A stretch of 64,000 bases of DNA from Amphiscolops sp. MND2022. Lineage: Eukaryota. Under the pieces are notes generated by a model. That model was not told where the DNA came from and searched no databases. It saw only the letters and a program-made list of their open reading frames with translations. A program made the translations under genes and the position numbers. Below, piece by piece: positions 50,401 through 62,006 of this stretch; positions within the stretch are counted from its first letter, which is position 1; every line of letters begins with the position of its first letter. The stretch lies in the NCBI GenBank assembly GCA_964187785.1, contig OZ076409.1, forward strand, positions 35,900,001 through 35,964,000, in the 5' to 3' direction.

Positions 50401-53400
50401 TGGGTGAATGGAGAATCCCCAAAATTTGTCCCGAGGGAGTGAGGAATCCCCAAAAATTGTCCCGAGGGAAGGGTAGGGCCCCTATCCCGAGATCGAGGTG
50501 GAGCTAAATAACAACCATATCCAAAACACGCACTTCTGAGTACGATCTCGAAAACTGTACGTATGATTCGAACGAAATTTTCTACAGTCATTCTACACTA
50601 TATTAGAGTCCTATTTGTGGAATGGCATCAAAATCGTATGGCTGGGATCCGAAAAACATAGCCAAAATTAGCCCTAAATGGTTTAAAAAAACAGCCTTTT
50701 TTGGACTACAACATTCGCCCAAATTTTCAAACATAGTCAAAATCGGTACACTCTGCCTAAATTCGTGCCAATGAGACCATTTGGTCTTTTTGCCGCTGTT
50801 TCAGCCTTCCAGCAATCCCCTAACGAAAAATGGCGAGACTGTTTTTTCAACTTCAGGCCTCCCAAAGTTAAGAAACTTCCTTACAACTAGGATTAGAAAA
50901 GGATGTGCAAAGTACTCGAATAGTCGAGAAAAATGCTCTCTGTATCTTAACCTAACGTTGACTTATAATGTTTTGAGTGTGAGCAGGATAAGGGGTTGAA
51001 ATGCCAAAATTGAAAATGGAAATGTAAGTATCATCCAAAACTCATCGGAAGACGTTCAATTAACTCCAAAGCTGTTCAACTGACATTGTTTAGCGCACCA
51101 AAACCATGCAAAGTTTTTTTCACCCATTTTGAAAAGTATTGAAAGCTGTATTAATTATCAGTTAACAAGAAATACCCAAGTACATTCTCATCACCCTCGG
51201 GGGAGATGAGAATGGACTCTTCAAAAGCCAAAAGATACTACTTTCCCAAACTTTAAAACATCGAATGTCACGGCCGACACGCAGGAAAACACAGAATTGT
51301 TTCCAGTACCTCCATGATTTTTTGATGTACCTTCTGTAAGAAACAGTTGCAGGAATTGCAGTGCTGCTAATACGGGATCGTCCAGAACTGAGAACATATT
51401 CTACAGCATGGAAAACGTTAATACATTTGTCGTCATCAACCCATCTACTAGCCAATCCTGTGAGGACGTGCATCTGTCTTGGTGAGTGGGGCAGTCCCCA
51501 AAAATTGGTCTGAAGGATGGGTAGGGCCCCTATCCCGAGATCGAGGGCGGAGCTGAATAACAACCATATCCAAAATGTAAACTTTTGAGTACGATCTCGA
51601 AAACTGTCCGCAGATTGGGCTGAAACTTTGCACACGTGCTTAACTCGATATTCTAAGCACTTTTTTCTTCTGATGTTTTGCCTAAAAGATCTTTGGTCAT
51701 GCCGAAAAACCCTACTGGTCAAGAAAAAACGACTTTCAGTTTTCAGTTTTTTCTCAACCATGATCTCATAACTTTTCTCAGATTTCTCGGAGCGATTCGG
51801 ACGTGGACCACAACATTGTTCAGCGGTTCGTGGGGAGTGTGCAGGGCAATTTTGGCGCAAATCAGATAGGAAAGTTCAGATCGAAACAAAGTGAGGAATA
51901 GAGAATTTTCTAAGAATTTTTTTTCGAGAAAAATGTCTTGCTCTGCAAGAAACCGCAGAGCTGTTCAATTGACGTAGTTTAGTGTACCAACACTCATCAA
52001 TTTTTTTGACCTATTTTAAAAAAGTGTTCAAATCTGCATTAAGTATCAGTTAACAAGACATACTCAAGTACATTCTCCTCTCTCCCCACTGTCGGGGGAG
52101 ATGAGAATGTACACTTCGAAAGCCAAAATATGCTACCTTCTCAACTTCTTCAACCTCGTCAACCGACACGCAAAAGACACAAAATTGTTTCCAGTAACTC
52201 CATAACTTTTAGCTGTAGGTTCTGTAAAAAAATCGCAGTGGTGATACTAAGTGATCCAAAAGTGAATACATATAGTAAACCATGGAAATACTTTAAGAAT
52301 ATCTGTCATCGTGATCAACTTTTCGCACCCATCCACTAGCCTATCCTGTGAGGACGTGCATCCGTCTTGGATGTGAGGAACATAGCCAAAATTGGCCCAA
52401 AAATGGCCAAAAAAGTCATTTTTTGACTTTTTTTTGATATTCTCAAAAACTGTCCATACGATTCAAACGAAATTTTCTACAGTCGTTCTACGCCATATTA
52501 GAGTCTTATATGTGCAATGGCATCAGAATCGTATGGCTGAGATGTGAGAAACATAGCCAAAATCAACTCAAAAATGGCCAAAAAACAGCCATTTTTCGAC
52601 TTTTTTCGATTTTCTCAAAAAGTCTTCATACGAGTCGAACAAAGTTTTCTACAGTCATTTTACACCATAATATGGTCCTATGAGTGCAATTTCAATAAAT
52701 TCGTATGACTGGGATTCGAGCGAGTCAGAAGGAAAGCAGAAGTCAGACTTAAGCGGACTCAGTTCTTGAGTATCTCTATTCGTACTTCTTGGATTTTTCG
52801 TGTCAATCAAAACAATTTCCTTTGATAAAAAATTGAAATAATTTAAAATGATTATTCAAAATCAGCGGACCAATCAGAGAGCAGCGGCAAAAGTGTCATT
52901 ATAGCAGCAGTATTGGCGTGGAATCCAGGACAGGCACTGTCGTGGAATCCAAGAAACGCTTAACATCAAAGAGAAATTTTGTCCTGGATTCCAGGACTTT
53001 TCTCAATTTTCGTGTCCCGGATTCCACGAAAAGCAGCGAAAAGCTTGCCTGTGCACTGTGATGGACTCCTTTACCGCATATGCGGCTCTGGTTTGATCCT
53101 GCGGACTGACAGAAATTCTCAAAAAAAAGTGCGGGAAACGTTTCCACAAAAATTTTTCGAATTGTTTTACGATTTTTTAAAAAAATGTCAGTAAATCGCA
53201 TAGTACCAAAAAACTCTAGAGTTGCTCGCACAACTTCTCGCTCTGCCTTCTATGCTCGCACAATGCCTCGTTTCTGCTAAAATTCGAGGAAGTTTTTGAT
53301 TTTGAAAAATTCAGAATTTTTTCAAACTTTGTAATGAATTTTCTCTGTGATTGTGGAAAAAGCCATACGGTTTTTTTCGGTATGTGATTCGTTTTTCGAT

Positions 53401-56243
53401 AAAGTTTTCAATTGATCAAAGTGTACCCCTTTACAATAAAGTTTGCTGACCATGAAAAGGCGTTTGGCTAGATAAAGCTCTTTCGAGACTATGAGATTTT
53501 TTTCGAAGAAATTTTTATTTGATTTTTTTTTCAAAAATCAATCGGAAAATTTCAGTTTTCCGATGTTCTCAGTAGGGGAAAACGGTTTTCCAGTTTTATG
53601 CGCATCCCTTTGCATATTTTGAAAACGTTGTTTTTTAAATCTTGAAGGTGGTGCCGACTTGGCCGTTCCCGGCTTGTTTCACAAAGTTCTAAAAAGTGAT
53701 TTGATTTGATTTGATTGTGAGTCAGCGTTTCTGCTCAGTATCTTTTTTCGCCTGCAGTCATTGTGTTCTATCACTTTTACAGACATGGTAGTCGCGCCAT
53801 TTCGTAAATCTTTGAAAAATTGATTGAATTTGTCATGTATCAGTTTTACCAGCAGTACCCTACGGTTATCTTATTCCAGTTCTGGAAAGACACAATAACC
53901 GTTTTTAATTAAAAGCATAAGCCTTGGGGTGATAAATGTCATTTTAGAAGTCTCAAAATTCCCACAAAGCTGCACGTACTTCAAATGTTGCGGCTCAGAC
54001 ATAAACTCTGCTCTGAAGTATCACGTTTCAATTAATTGTGATAGAACAAGAATTTAAAGGGTTTGGATTCCCTAATGTTCAAAAATCTGTTGGGGAATTC
54101 TCAAACATTGATACCCCGAGAGCTGTATCTGAAATTGAGGCATCCTTTGAAAGTTTGCAAAAATTTAGATCTTCCTTCGAAAAAAGTCGTTTTCATTTGG
54201 ACGTTTGATGTCTCACTGAAAGCAAATCAAAATGCAAAATATGGCCTAATCTTGAAAGCTTGACAAAACCTGTAAAGGTTATTTGTTTCAGGTAGTAGGA
54301 CATCACTTTGTAAAGTTCTCTCTTTTTATTCAAATGCTCATAAAATAGATATCTAAAAAGTTTAAAAGTAATGTTCATATTTGCGCCTGTTTTTACACAT
54401 TTGGACATTTTAATTGTACGTATAATGTTGCAGACAAACGACCTATACAGAAGAAGTATGTCAATTCGATTGGCAGTGTCGCAATTTGACGGAGCAGGCG
54501 TATGAGGACCACATAGAAATGTACGCAAACAGTTCTGTCAACTCTACCTCCATCCCAGAGGCTCCTGTGTATGTATGTTGCAATGCAAACATAAGCACCA
54601 CTTCAGACTACGCTTTCAATGATGACGAAGATTTCGAAATGTCGCCCGGAGTCTGTTGTATTCAGGTCAGTAACTATATCTAACTTGTTATATATCCTCA
54701 GTCGAAGTAAAAATTATTGTTCATCAATTAACAACTTATTTCCGCTTTTTCGAATTTCGAACTAGCCTGTATGTTAACCATCTCTCATAACGTTGAAACT
54801 TATGTTAACGGTTCATTCAGCTTCTCATTGACTGTAAAATAATAAAGGCAAGGCTTACAGTATGTATACTCATAGTCATACAAGAATCATACAGTTTTCA
54901 ATAGTTTTTCATTGAAAACTGAAACTCTAAAAAGCTTTTGGCATTCTGCAGGTTGAATTGGATCCAATTTTGCAAAGTTTGAACAGAATGCTATGATCGC
55001 CTGATTGTGTAGGCAAGTATAGACGACGTCTTTCACGTATGTTTCTTCCAGGAACCTCTTCCGTTGTGGGTGACGATTCTTCTGGTCATCATTTTCTTCA
55101 TCCTCTGCACCGGGTGCTGCATTCTGTGCTGCGTGGTCAGACCAAAGCTGGAGGCACTTATGAATCGATTCCAGACACCCAGGGTCACAACTGACAACAT
55201 CCAGACTATGGCTGCACTAAAGGTCCTCTCAACTGACACCAATTTGATGGGCGGGGGTCAACCCCCCAATCAAGGTCACTTTGTGCCACCGGGTAAGAAA
55301 TGAATTTCGACAATTTTGTTTTTACTTCCGGTTTGTTTTATATATGAAAGGAAAATCGTTCATTCAGTACTGTCGTTTTTGGGCTGTAAATAGGAAATTT
55401 GCATCACGGTGACCAAGTCAGTCAAGTATATCCACTGCCAAATTCTCTGCCTGAATTCTTTTTCAAATTGAGCTATACTAACTGCACTTTTTCAAAAACC
55501 GCCGTAATTTGAATACAACGTATTCGGTTTTTGACAATAATAGTTTCGGAGAAGAAATATGATAATCAGTGAAATGCCTCAAAATCCGCAATTTTAACGA
55601 ACAAAAGAGTGATACCATTTTTCTTTTGAAATTTGCTTTTCGGATTCACTTTTCTATTGCGTCTCGTTCATCTGGAATCAATTTCTGAATACATGTTCTT
55701 CATTTTGACCAATCGACATGCGAATCATGCATTCAAATTTTCTCAAAACTGGCATAAAAAGTGCCATTTTTCAGCGATCATAAGAATGGTCACAATGCTA
55801 CCTTTTCAGCACCTACACAACCTGTGGCCTACTCAGCCGGCGTCCCTCCTCCCAATTACCCCACTCAACCAGTTCCTCCTTCCCCTTATGCTGCTGCTCC
55901 CCCATACGCGCCCCAAGGTGTCGCTTCCCAGCCTCACCCGGGATACGCCCCTCAGCCCCAAACGGGTTACCCCGCCCAAGAACAACCCATAGGTTACCCT
56001 TCCCAAACTCAAGGTCAACCGGGATACCCTACACAGCCTGGAGGTCAACCAGGATATCCTACACAACCAGGAGGTCAACCGGGATACCCTATGCAAGGTC
56101 AGCAGCAGCCACCCTATCCCACCAATTATGGTGCACAGTACCCGTCTCAACCTCCCTACGGTGCCCCTCCCCAAGCTGCAGTGCAATCAGACCCATCCAA
56201 ACCTCAAATGACAGTCGAGGTTCCAACAGCTTCTGCTGCCTAA
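44425..56243 (+). CDS. Type I membrane protein, Shisa/WBP1/VOPP1-like (signal peptide, Cys-rich ectodomain, TM, Cys cluster, Pro/Tyr/Gln/Gly-rich tail), ~331 aa
   Basis: Exons 44425-44513 (signal peptide MASPVLWLISIVSIACLVC), 54434-54665, 55052-55292 (TM WVTILLVIIFFILC+TGCCILCC) and 55810-56243 (PPNY, GYPTQPGGQP repeats). All junctions are GT-AG and phase-compatible; the exon 1 link across ~9.9 kb is inferred. Confidence 0.8.
45676..46540. mobile_element. hAT-type non-autonomous element
   Basis: TIR TAGTGTTGTTA / TAACAACACTA and an exact 8-bp TSD ACATCAAT at 45668-45675 and 46541-46548. Confidence 0.9.
45896..46072. mobile_element. pogo/Tigger-like MITE nested in the hAT element
   Basis: TIR CCGTATTTCTTCGAATA / TATTCGAAGAAATACG, with TA on the right and TG (probably mutated TA) on the left. 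An extra internal TIR copy lies at ~45960-45976. Confidence 0.7.
49221..49290 (-). pseudogene. tRNA-derived sequence (SINE-head-like)
   Basis: A-box TGGCACAGTGG and B-box GGTTCGAATC at tRNA spacing; acceptor and anticodon stems pair poorly. Confidence 0.6.
49443..49523 (+). pseudogene. tRNA-derived sequence (SINE-head-like)
   Basis: TGGTTCAGAGG...GGTTCGAGTC followed by a T-run; degenerate cloverleaf. Confidence 0.45.
50210..52770 (+). repeat. Composite repeat with internal ~165-bp units and a ~420-bp duplication
   Basis: AAAACTGTCCATACGATT...ACAGTCATT.TACAC...GGCATCAAAATCGTATG-like units near 50310, 50550, 52447 and 52617. Block ~51060-51480 recurs at ~51955-52370; GGGTAGGGCCCCTATCCCGAGATCGAG occurs at ~50471 and ~51519. 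Confidence 0.7.
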
Positions 56244-57076
56244 TTATTGCTACTCTCTTCGTTTTTTACTGCCAACAGACTGAAATATTTCGCATGAAAC
56301 AATTGGTAAAAGTTGATTGGCGAAAAACTTCAAATTGTTTTTGAAACGTCGCTTGCGTGTTTCATAAATTTATCAGTGAATTCTCTGTTTTCAAAATTGT
56401 AAAATTGGTTCATGCTATTCAACCTTTGATATTGAAAGAATACAAATAAAGCTCGTCAAAATTCTAGGTTGTTTTAGGTGGGAGACACAGCAACTTGTTT
56501 TCCAAAGTCAAAAGTCAATTTATTTACAAATTTGGATGGAAAAGTTTTGTCCTAAAGAAGATTTTGTTCCAACACAAAGGCCTTAAATTTCGGAAGTTAT
56601 CGTTTTAGATTCATATATTTGAGAGAAAGTGTTTGTTTTTCTCCTGAATTAACTTGTTTTTGGGAAATTGATTTTGTCACAGAAAACAGACAGCTTTGAT
56701 AATGTTTTGTTTTCCGATTGCTCCATTCTGAAATGTTGCAGGGATTTAACCCTCATCACGGCAATGACAATGCCACCTGTAGTCCTCTGGCGCTATGATC
56801 TAAATCACGGGACTAATTCACTTGGACATAGGGATCCTGTGGTTTTCATGACCAAAAAGACAATTTTCAATTTTTATTCACTTTTCATTGTAGACGTAGA
56901 CTCACTCAATTTTCTCTCTCACCCAACAATCCTTCCCACTGTTTCTTTTTCCCGAATGCTTTTTCCTTTCAAATCTTGCCAAACAATTGAATATAGTTTA
57001 AAATGCAACAACCAATCAAATACATCTCGACAATCCATCTATTTGCAATGTGATCAATTAGACTCTCAAATAATAA

Positions 57077-57592
57077 AAACAAGCCGGGAACGGCATAAGT
57101 CGGCGCCATATCTAAGGCTCAAAAATAGCAAAAGGACTTCAAAGTGTCAAGTATTCTCTTCTACAGTACACGCATGAGGAAAAAAATTGAAAAAAAAATC
57201 CGAATTTTTTTTTGAAGTCTCCGGTAAGTCGCATAGTCCCGAAAAAATGTAAAACGGGGGCCTTTGAAGTTTTTTAAACATCCATTCTTGTGCAAAATCA
57301 AAAAAAAATTGAAGGGGACCATTTGAAGACATTTAAAAAATTGCGAAAAAAGTCTCACAAAGCCGAAATAACATGCACAAAACAATTGGTCAAGTGTGAG
57401 ACTCGAACCTACGTCCTTCTGCTTGGCAGACCTCAAAAAATCCTAATTTACCTCTATGCACAACTTACATTAGTGTGGCAGTTTAAGGAAGCCAGCTTAT
57501 AAAGCTTATGAAATCTGACACTTCGTTGATCTTAAAAAAAAGAAAAGTCACTGCTACAGTCTGCGTTTTCTACGAAAAGCACCGACTAAAAA
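57077..57592 (-). mobile_element. HINE-like element with tRNA-like cassette
   Basis: AAACAAGCCGGGAACGGCATAAGTCGGCGCCATATCTAAGGCTC at the left end, GCACCGACTAAAAA at the right end, and a B-box GGTTCGAGTC (minus) at ~57401-57410. Confidence 0.8.
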
Positions 57593-60500
57593 ATTGAGGT
57601 CTCACAATACCAAAAAAATCCAATATATTACCCTTGGTTGTCGTCATTGATATTTGGTCGGTTAAAATTGGGTTTTTTATGGATAAAAGTAAATCTTGCT
57701 ACTGCGCAATGCTGTATTCTCGATCTATCGTGGTACAAAGGTCAATTATCTAGGATGGTATATTTGTATCTATTTCACAACTATACTTTAGTACCAATAT
57801 CTATCTCAATGATCAGTATCTATTGTATAACACAATAACATAAACCGACAGTAATTAGAGTTCTATGTTTGTAAACAATGATAGACTCTCTGTCTAGATC
57901 CGTATGTTACGGTGATGATAGAGGTCATGATGTCTGTATGATATCACAGGGGGGCCTTTTGGTATCAAATGATTTTGTATCAACTCTCAATATCCTAAAA
58001 ATTGAAAGGGGGACCATTTGGTAACATTGAAGACACTTTGGCTTCAAATGATTTTGTATCAACTCTAAATAGCGCCGCACTGAGACTTCGGAAAAATTCT
58101 TTTTTTTTGAAAATGGATTTTTGTGTTTTCAGTTGGAGAAAATGTATCCAAGTCTTATGCGTGTCATTTGGGGGTATTTTTCGGCACTGCGAAATTGATA
58201 AAATATTGAAAACAGTGTCCTTTGCATATTCAGGAATCTTAGTTTTTTGAAACTTGAGTCGGGTGCCGGCTCGGGTGGTCACGGCTTGTTTGAATATGAA
58301 ATTAAGACATGGCGATGAGTGTAAATAACCACACCCGACTTAGCATCGCGTTTTCCCGCTCTAAATCATTATGACGACAAGATGTTTTCGGCGCGTAGCC
58401 TACACTACGAAACCTGCGAAAAGTTTGAACTTTTTTGACGGGTTGTGATTGATTTCAGACTTTTTAAAAAATTCAAACTTCTTAAATGTTTTATGCAAAG
58501 AAGTTTAGTTTGTTTTGTCATCGAATTCATTTTTTTTCACCAGGAAGACTTTTTGTTCAACATTTGTTCACAAAATGCATGATACCTTTTTTCAGGAAAT
58601 TCAATATTTTCACTACTTTGGAATTTTTCAATTAGTCACTATATCCGAAAATAATAATTGAATTGTGGGGACATTTAATGCTTCTTGGGTTTTTGAAATT
58701 TGAGATACTTTTTCACTCACCAGAGCCGTGCAGAGCTTGATCGTTTATTTAGGAACGATCACAACGCAGGTGTTTCCTTAGATCGAGTTTTTAGAAAATT
58801 GATGCAAGATTTTCCAGATCAATGAATATTTTTGACAACGAATAAACAGGCAAAAGAAATATTTTAGCAAATATACTTGTTTGCAATTCGCGTCCGCATT
58901 TTTGATAAGAAATGGAACAAGTTGGGAACGGAATAGGTTTAGAGCTCGTTTAGAGCTCAAAAAGCGTAGAAAACTTCAAATTGTTAAGGAACTATTTTCG
59001 AATTGTTTCAAATATCGAAAGCTCTCACAGTGCCAAAAAACAAACTAGAAAGGAGGACCTTTTGGGCTTAATTTTTTTTCGTAACTCAACTATGCTAAAA
59101 AGCCGATTTCTGGAAAAATAGGGAAAATCTCATATTGCTGAGTACTAACAACTGAACTTTTGACCTTTTGAAAAGGTTTTTTTGAAAAGGTCATACAACC
59201 AAAAAGGGGAAACTTATGGAAATGGAATTATTTTAAACATTACCCATAGCCGTGAACAATATTTAAAAACCATTTAGGCCTAAAAAGCATCTTTTCAACT
59301 GAGAACATCCGAGAAAGTAAAGCGAATCCAATATGCTAAGTTAAAAAAGGTGCCAAAAATCCCACATACAGTTTTTTAAATCCGAATTAAAGAGTCCTCC
59401 CGTTGCTTAAGAGAGTGTTTCAACCTTCTTGGGCAATCAAAGGGGACAAAAAGGACTCATGCTTTTTCTGACATTGTGAATGTCGTAGTACTTTTGACGT
59501 TATATCCGAAGTGAGTGGTGTTTTACTAAAGAGGACGCGGAGAATCAAGAAAAGCGCCCCTTTTGGCCATCACACTATATCTGAACTCTTGACGTTACAT
59601 CCGAAGTAACTTGCGTTCTACTAAGAGGATGCGGAGGTTCGACAAAATTGTGCTAAATTCGATTTTTGACGCGACATCCGAAGTAAATTGCATTTTGCCA
59701 AGGAGGAGGGGAAAAATAAAGAAAAGCATTGCCTTTGGCACATCAGGCTACATCTGAACTTACCACGTTCTATCCGTTGTAAATTTACCAAGGAGGTTCG
59801 AATCTTATCTTTCACTTCCACCGTTTCCTTTCCTTCCACCAAAGTAGAATGAAAGAATGCTACTTCCGAGTTTTTTCGCGTTATATCCAAATTATTTGGT
59901 ATTTTTGGTGATAATGAAAGCAAAAAAAAACATTTAGCGCAAAAAAATTTCCTTTGGGTTTTTGGGCACTATAAGTTTGACGCCTTGAGATACCTTCGGC
60001 TCTTTTTGAGCCTTAAGCGGTACGCCGACTTAGGCCGTTCCCAGCTTGTTTGAATTCATTCCACGCATGTCTTCTGATAAAATACCTCACGTTTCGCGTG
60101 AAAACGTGTTTAGCTTTTTTTACACACTGTGGTTAATGACACCTGAAAAATTTTACAGAAACAACGCTTTATCGCATTTATTTTTTGGGCATTGAATATT
60201 GAATTTGAAAATCAAGAAATGATTTTCTATGAAAAAAGTCAATCACAAGAATGTTTTGTGTTTGGACTCTGAGAGTTATCATACCCACCAAGTCGTTCAA
60301 AATTTGTACCAATTTCGTCAAATTGGAGAAAAATCTGTTTTTCGAGAAACTCGTGGGGCCTTTATTGAACAATAAACTCCAGGCATCTCGTCTAAAAGCG
60401 TGCTGGATAGCTGATTACTTCAACGTTGAGCTTGATGCGTATTCTAATTTTCAAGAACAGTCAACAGTTGAACAAAATATGAACATTAGTGTAAGAATGT

Positions 60501-60874
60501 ACTCGAAAAACGTACTCGAAAGCAATTTCATTCGTCGTTGTACTGTTGGATTATTCCAAGAACCAAAACATCAACAATTTTAAAAATATTGGATGTAAAT
60601 CGTCACAATTTATAAACTTTCGGATATTTTGTTTTTTTTTAGTGTCGTTTGAGTCAGTTTCAATAATCAAAAAATTCCGATTGGGTAAGGAAAATCGTGC
60701 TGGATAGTTGTTTCTTTCGTTGTTCAACTCTTTGTAAACTGTAACTCACGAGAGCAGTCAAAAACTGTACAAAAATATGATTGGAACTGTCAAAAGTTAG
60801 AAAGTATTGAATTTGTACCTAATTTGGGGTCGTTTTGGGGTGGCTTCTGTCTTTCGAATATCTCTACAAATAAA

Positions 60875-62006
60875 TGTTCATTGACATCCAGACAGGATAG
60901 AGGATGAGCTTAAGCAGCTCTTCTAGCCTCTCCCCTTAATATAAATAACATGAAAGGAATTGTTGCGATACAATTGACTTGGGTATAAATTAGGAAGGTA
61001 AACGCGGCACAGTTAGTAAGTTTCCTGGGGCGGAAAATAATGGAAAAACAGTGAGCCATGTTGACTTGATCAGGTCGTTTTGTTGCTTGTGCGTGTTCAC
61101 TTTTGTTCCTTGGTTTGGTCCACTCATTGTAAAAGCTGATTGTTTAAGCTTATCATGATAACTTATTCATACCTCCAGAAATCCTTCAAAGTTTTGGTTT
61201 TAGGGCTGACCTGTTTGTGATTAATTCTTCGAATAACAAAGTCTTTACGCCCGCCCTGATTGTTTCCAGGAACCACAATGACAACGTCCAGAGCACTCGT
61301 AAATTCTTGGATGACCTTGTCGGTCCAATTCAGCGTCAAAAGCACTTCTAAGTATTTTGGTTTTTAGAATAAAACAAATGCTTCCGATGGATTCTTCGTT
61401 CAAATGGACTTTGTCTTCTCTCAAATGAGTGACTTTGTAGACCCTCTTTTCTACTCCTCGAAACGACCAGTCTTCCTTTCGATTAGATAGCAGTTTGTTT
61501 ACTGCACTGGTGCGTTCTCTTTGATTGTGACGAGGAGGAATTCCCAGCACAAACACTTTATCAGCTTTGCCTTTTAAAACGTTAGCAAGGTCACTAATTT
61601 TGTCCGCAACCTCTTCCGAACTAACTTTAGAGGGTGATTTACCTTGGAAAAGATCGTTTCCTCCAACGAAAAGTACTATAATATTGAAGCGACCCACGCG
61701 TGGAATGAAATTATAAACGTCGTGAACTTTCGCACTTTTCTCATACAGTTGGAACAACTTGTCCAATTTAAGAATTCTCTCTTCTCGTTTTCGAAGTTAT
61801 TGATTGTTGTTCGTGTGAAATTTTACATCCGTTTAACATCTCATTAATATTCATTACAACGTCAAATTTATACAATTTTGATTAGATATATATTTGGCTC
61901 AAACATTCTGATTAAACATCGGAATTCCTTCGATTGTTGAATACTTTAAATGCTTGACCGAAAACCATAAGTATTTGATTTGGATTATGATTGTATGGCG
62001 CCAACA
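60875..62006 (-). repeat. Putative 3' LTR of BEL element 2 (~1.13 kb)
   Basis: Begins TGTTGG directly after the purine-rich GGAAAACAGGGCCGGCGA, the same context as the confirmed LTR start of element 1. A candidate end ...TGAACA at 60875 gives TGTT..AACA termini. The second LTR is not in the window. Confidence 0.65.
61245..61796 (-). CDS. SGNH/GDSL hydrolase-like accessory ORF within the putative LTR, probably 5'-damaged
   Basis: IIVLFVGGNDL (block III), KVFVLGIPPR, VNKLL, HLREDKVHLN (block V DxxH), and a C-terminal H-x4-C-x3-C-x-C. No in-frame ATG and no GDS block I visible. Confidence 0.75.
   Translation of the reverse strand, partial: LRKREERILKLDKLFQLYEKSAKVHDVYNFIPRVGRFNIIVLFVGGNDLFQGKSPSKVSSEEVADKISDLANVLKGKADKVFVLGIPPRHNQRERTSAVNKLLSNRKEDWSFRGVEKRVYKVTHLREDKVHLNEESIGSICFILKTKILRSAFDAELDRQGHPRIYECSGRCHCGSWKQSGRA

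Noticed and set aside
51162..51860. 232-aa minus-strand ORF
   Set aside because: Lies in a composite repeat whose duplicate (~51955-52370) does not keep a comparable ORF; no recognisable domain.
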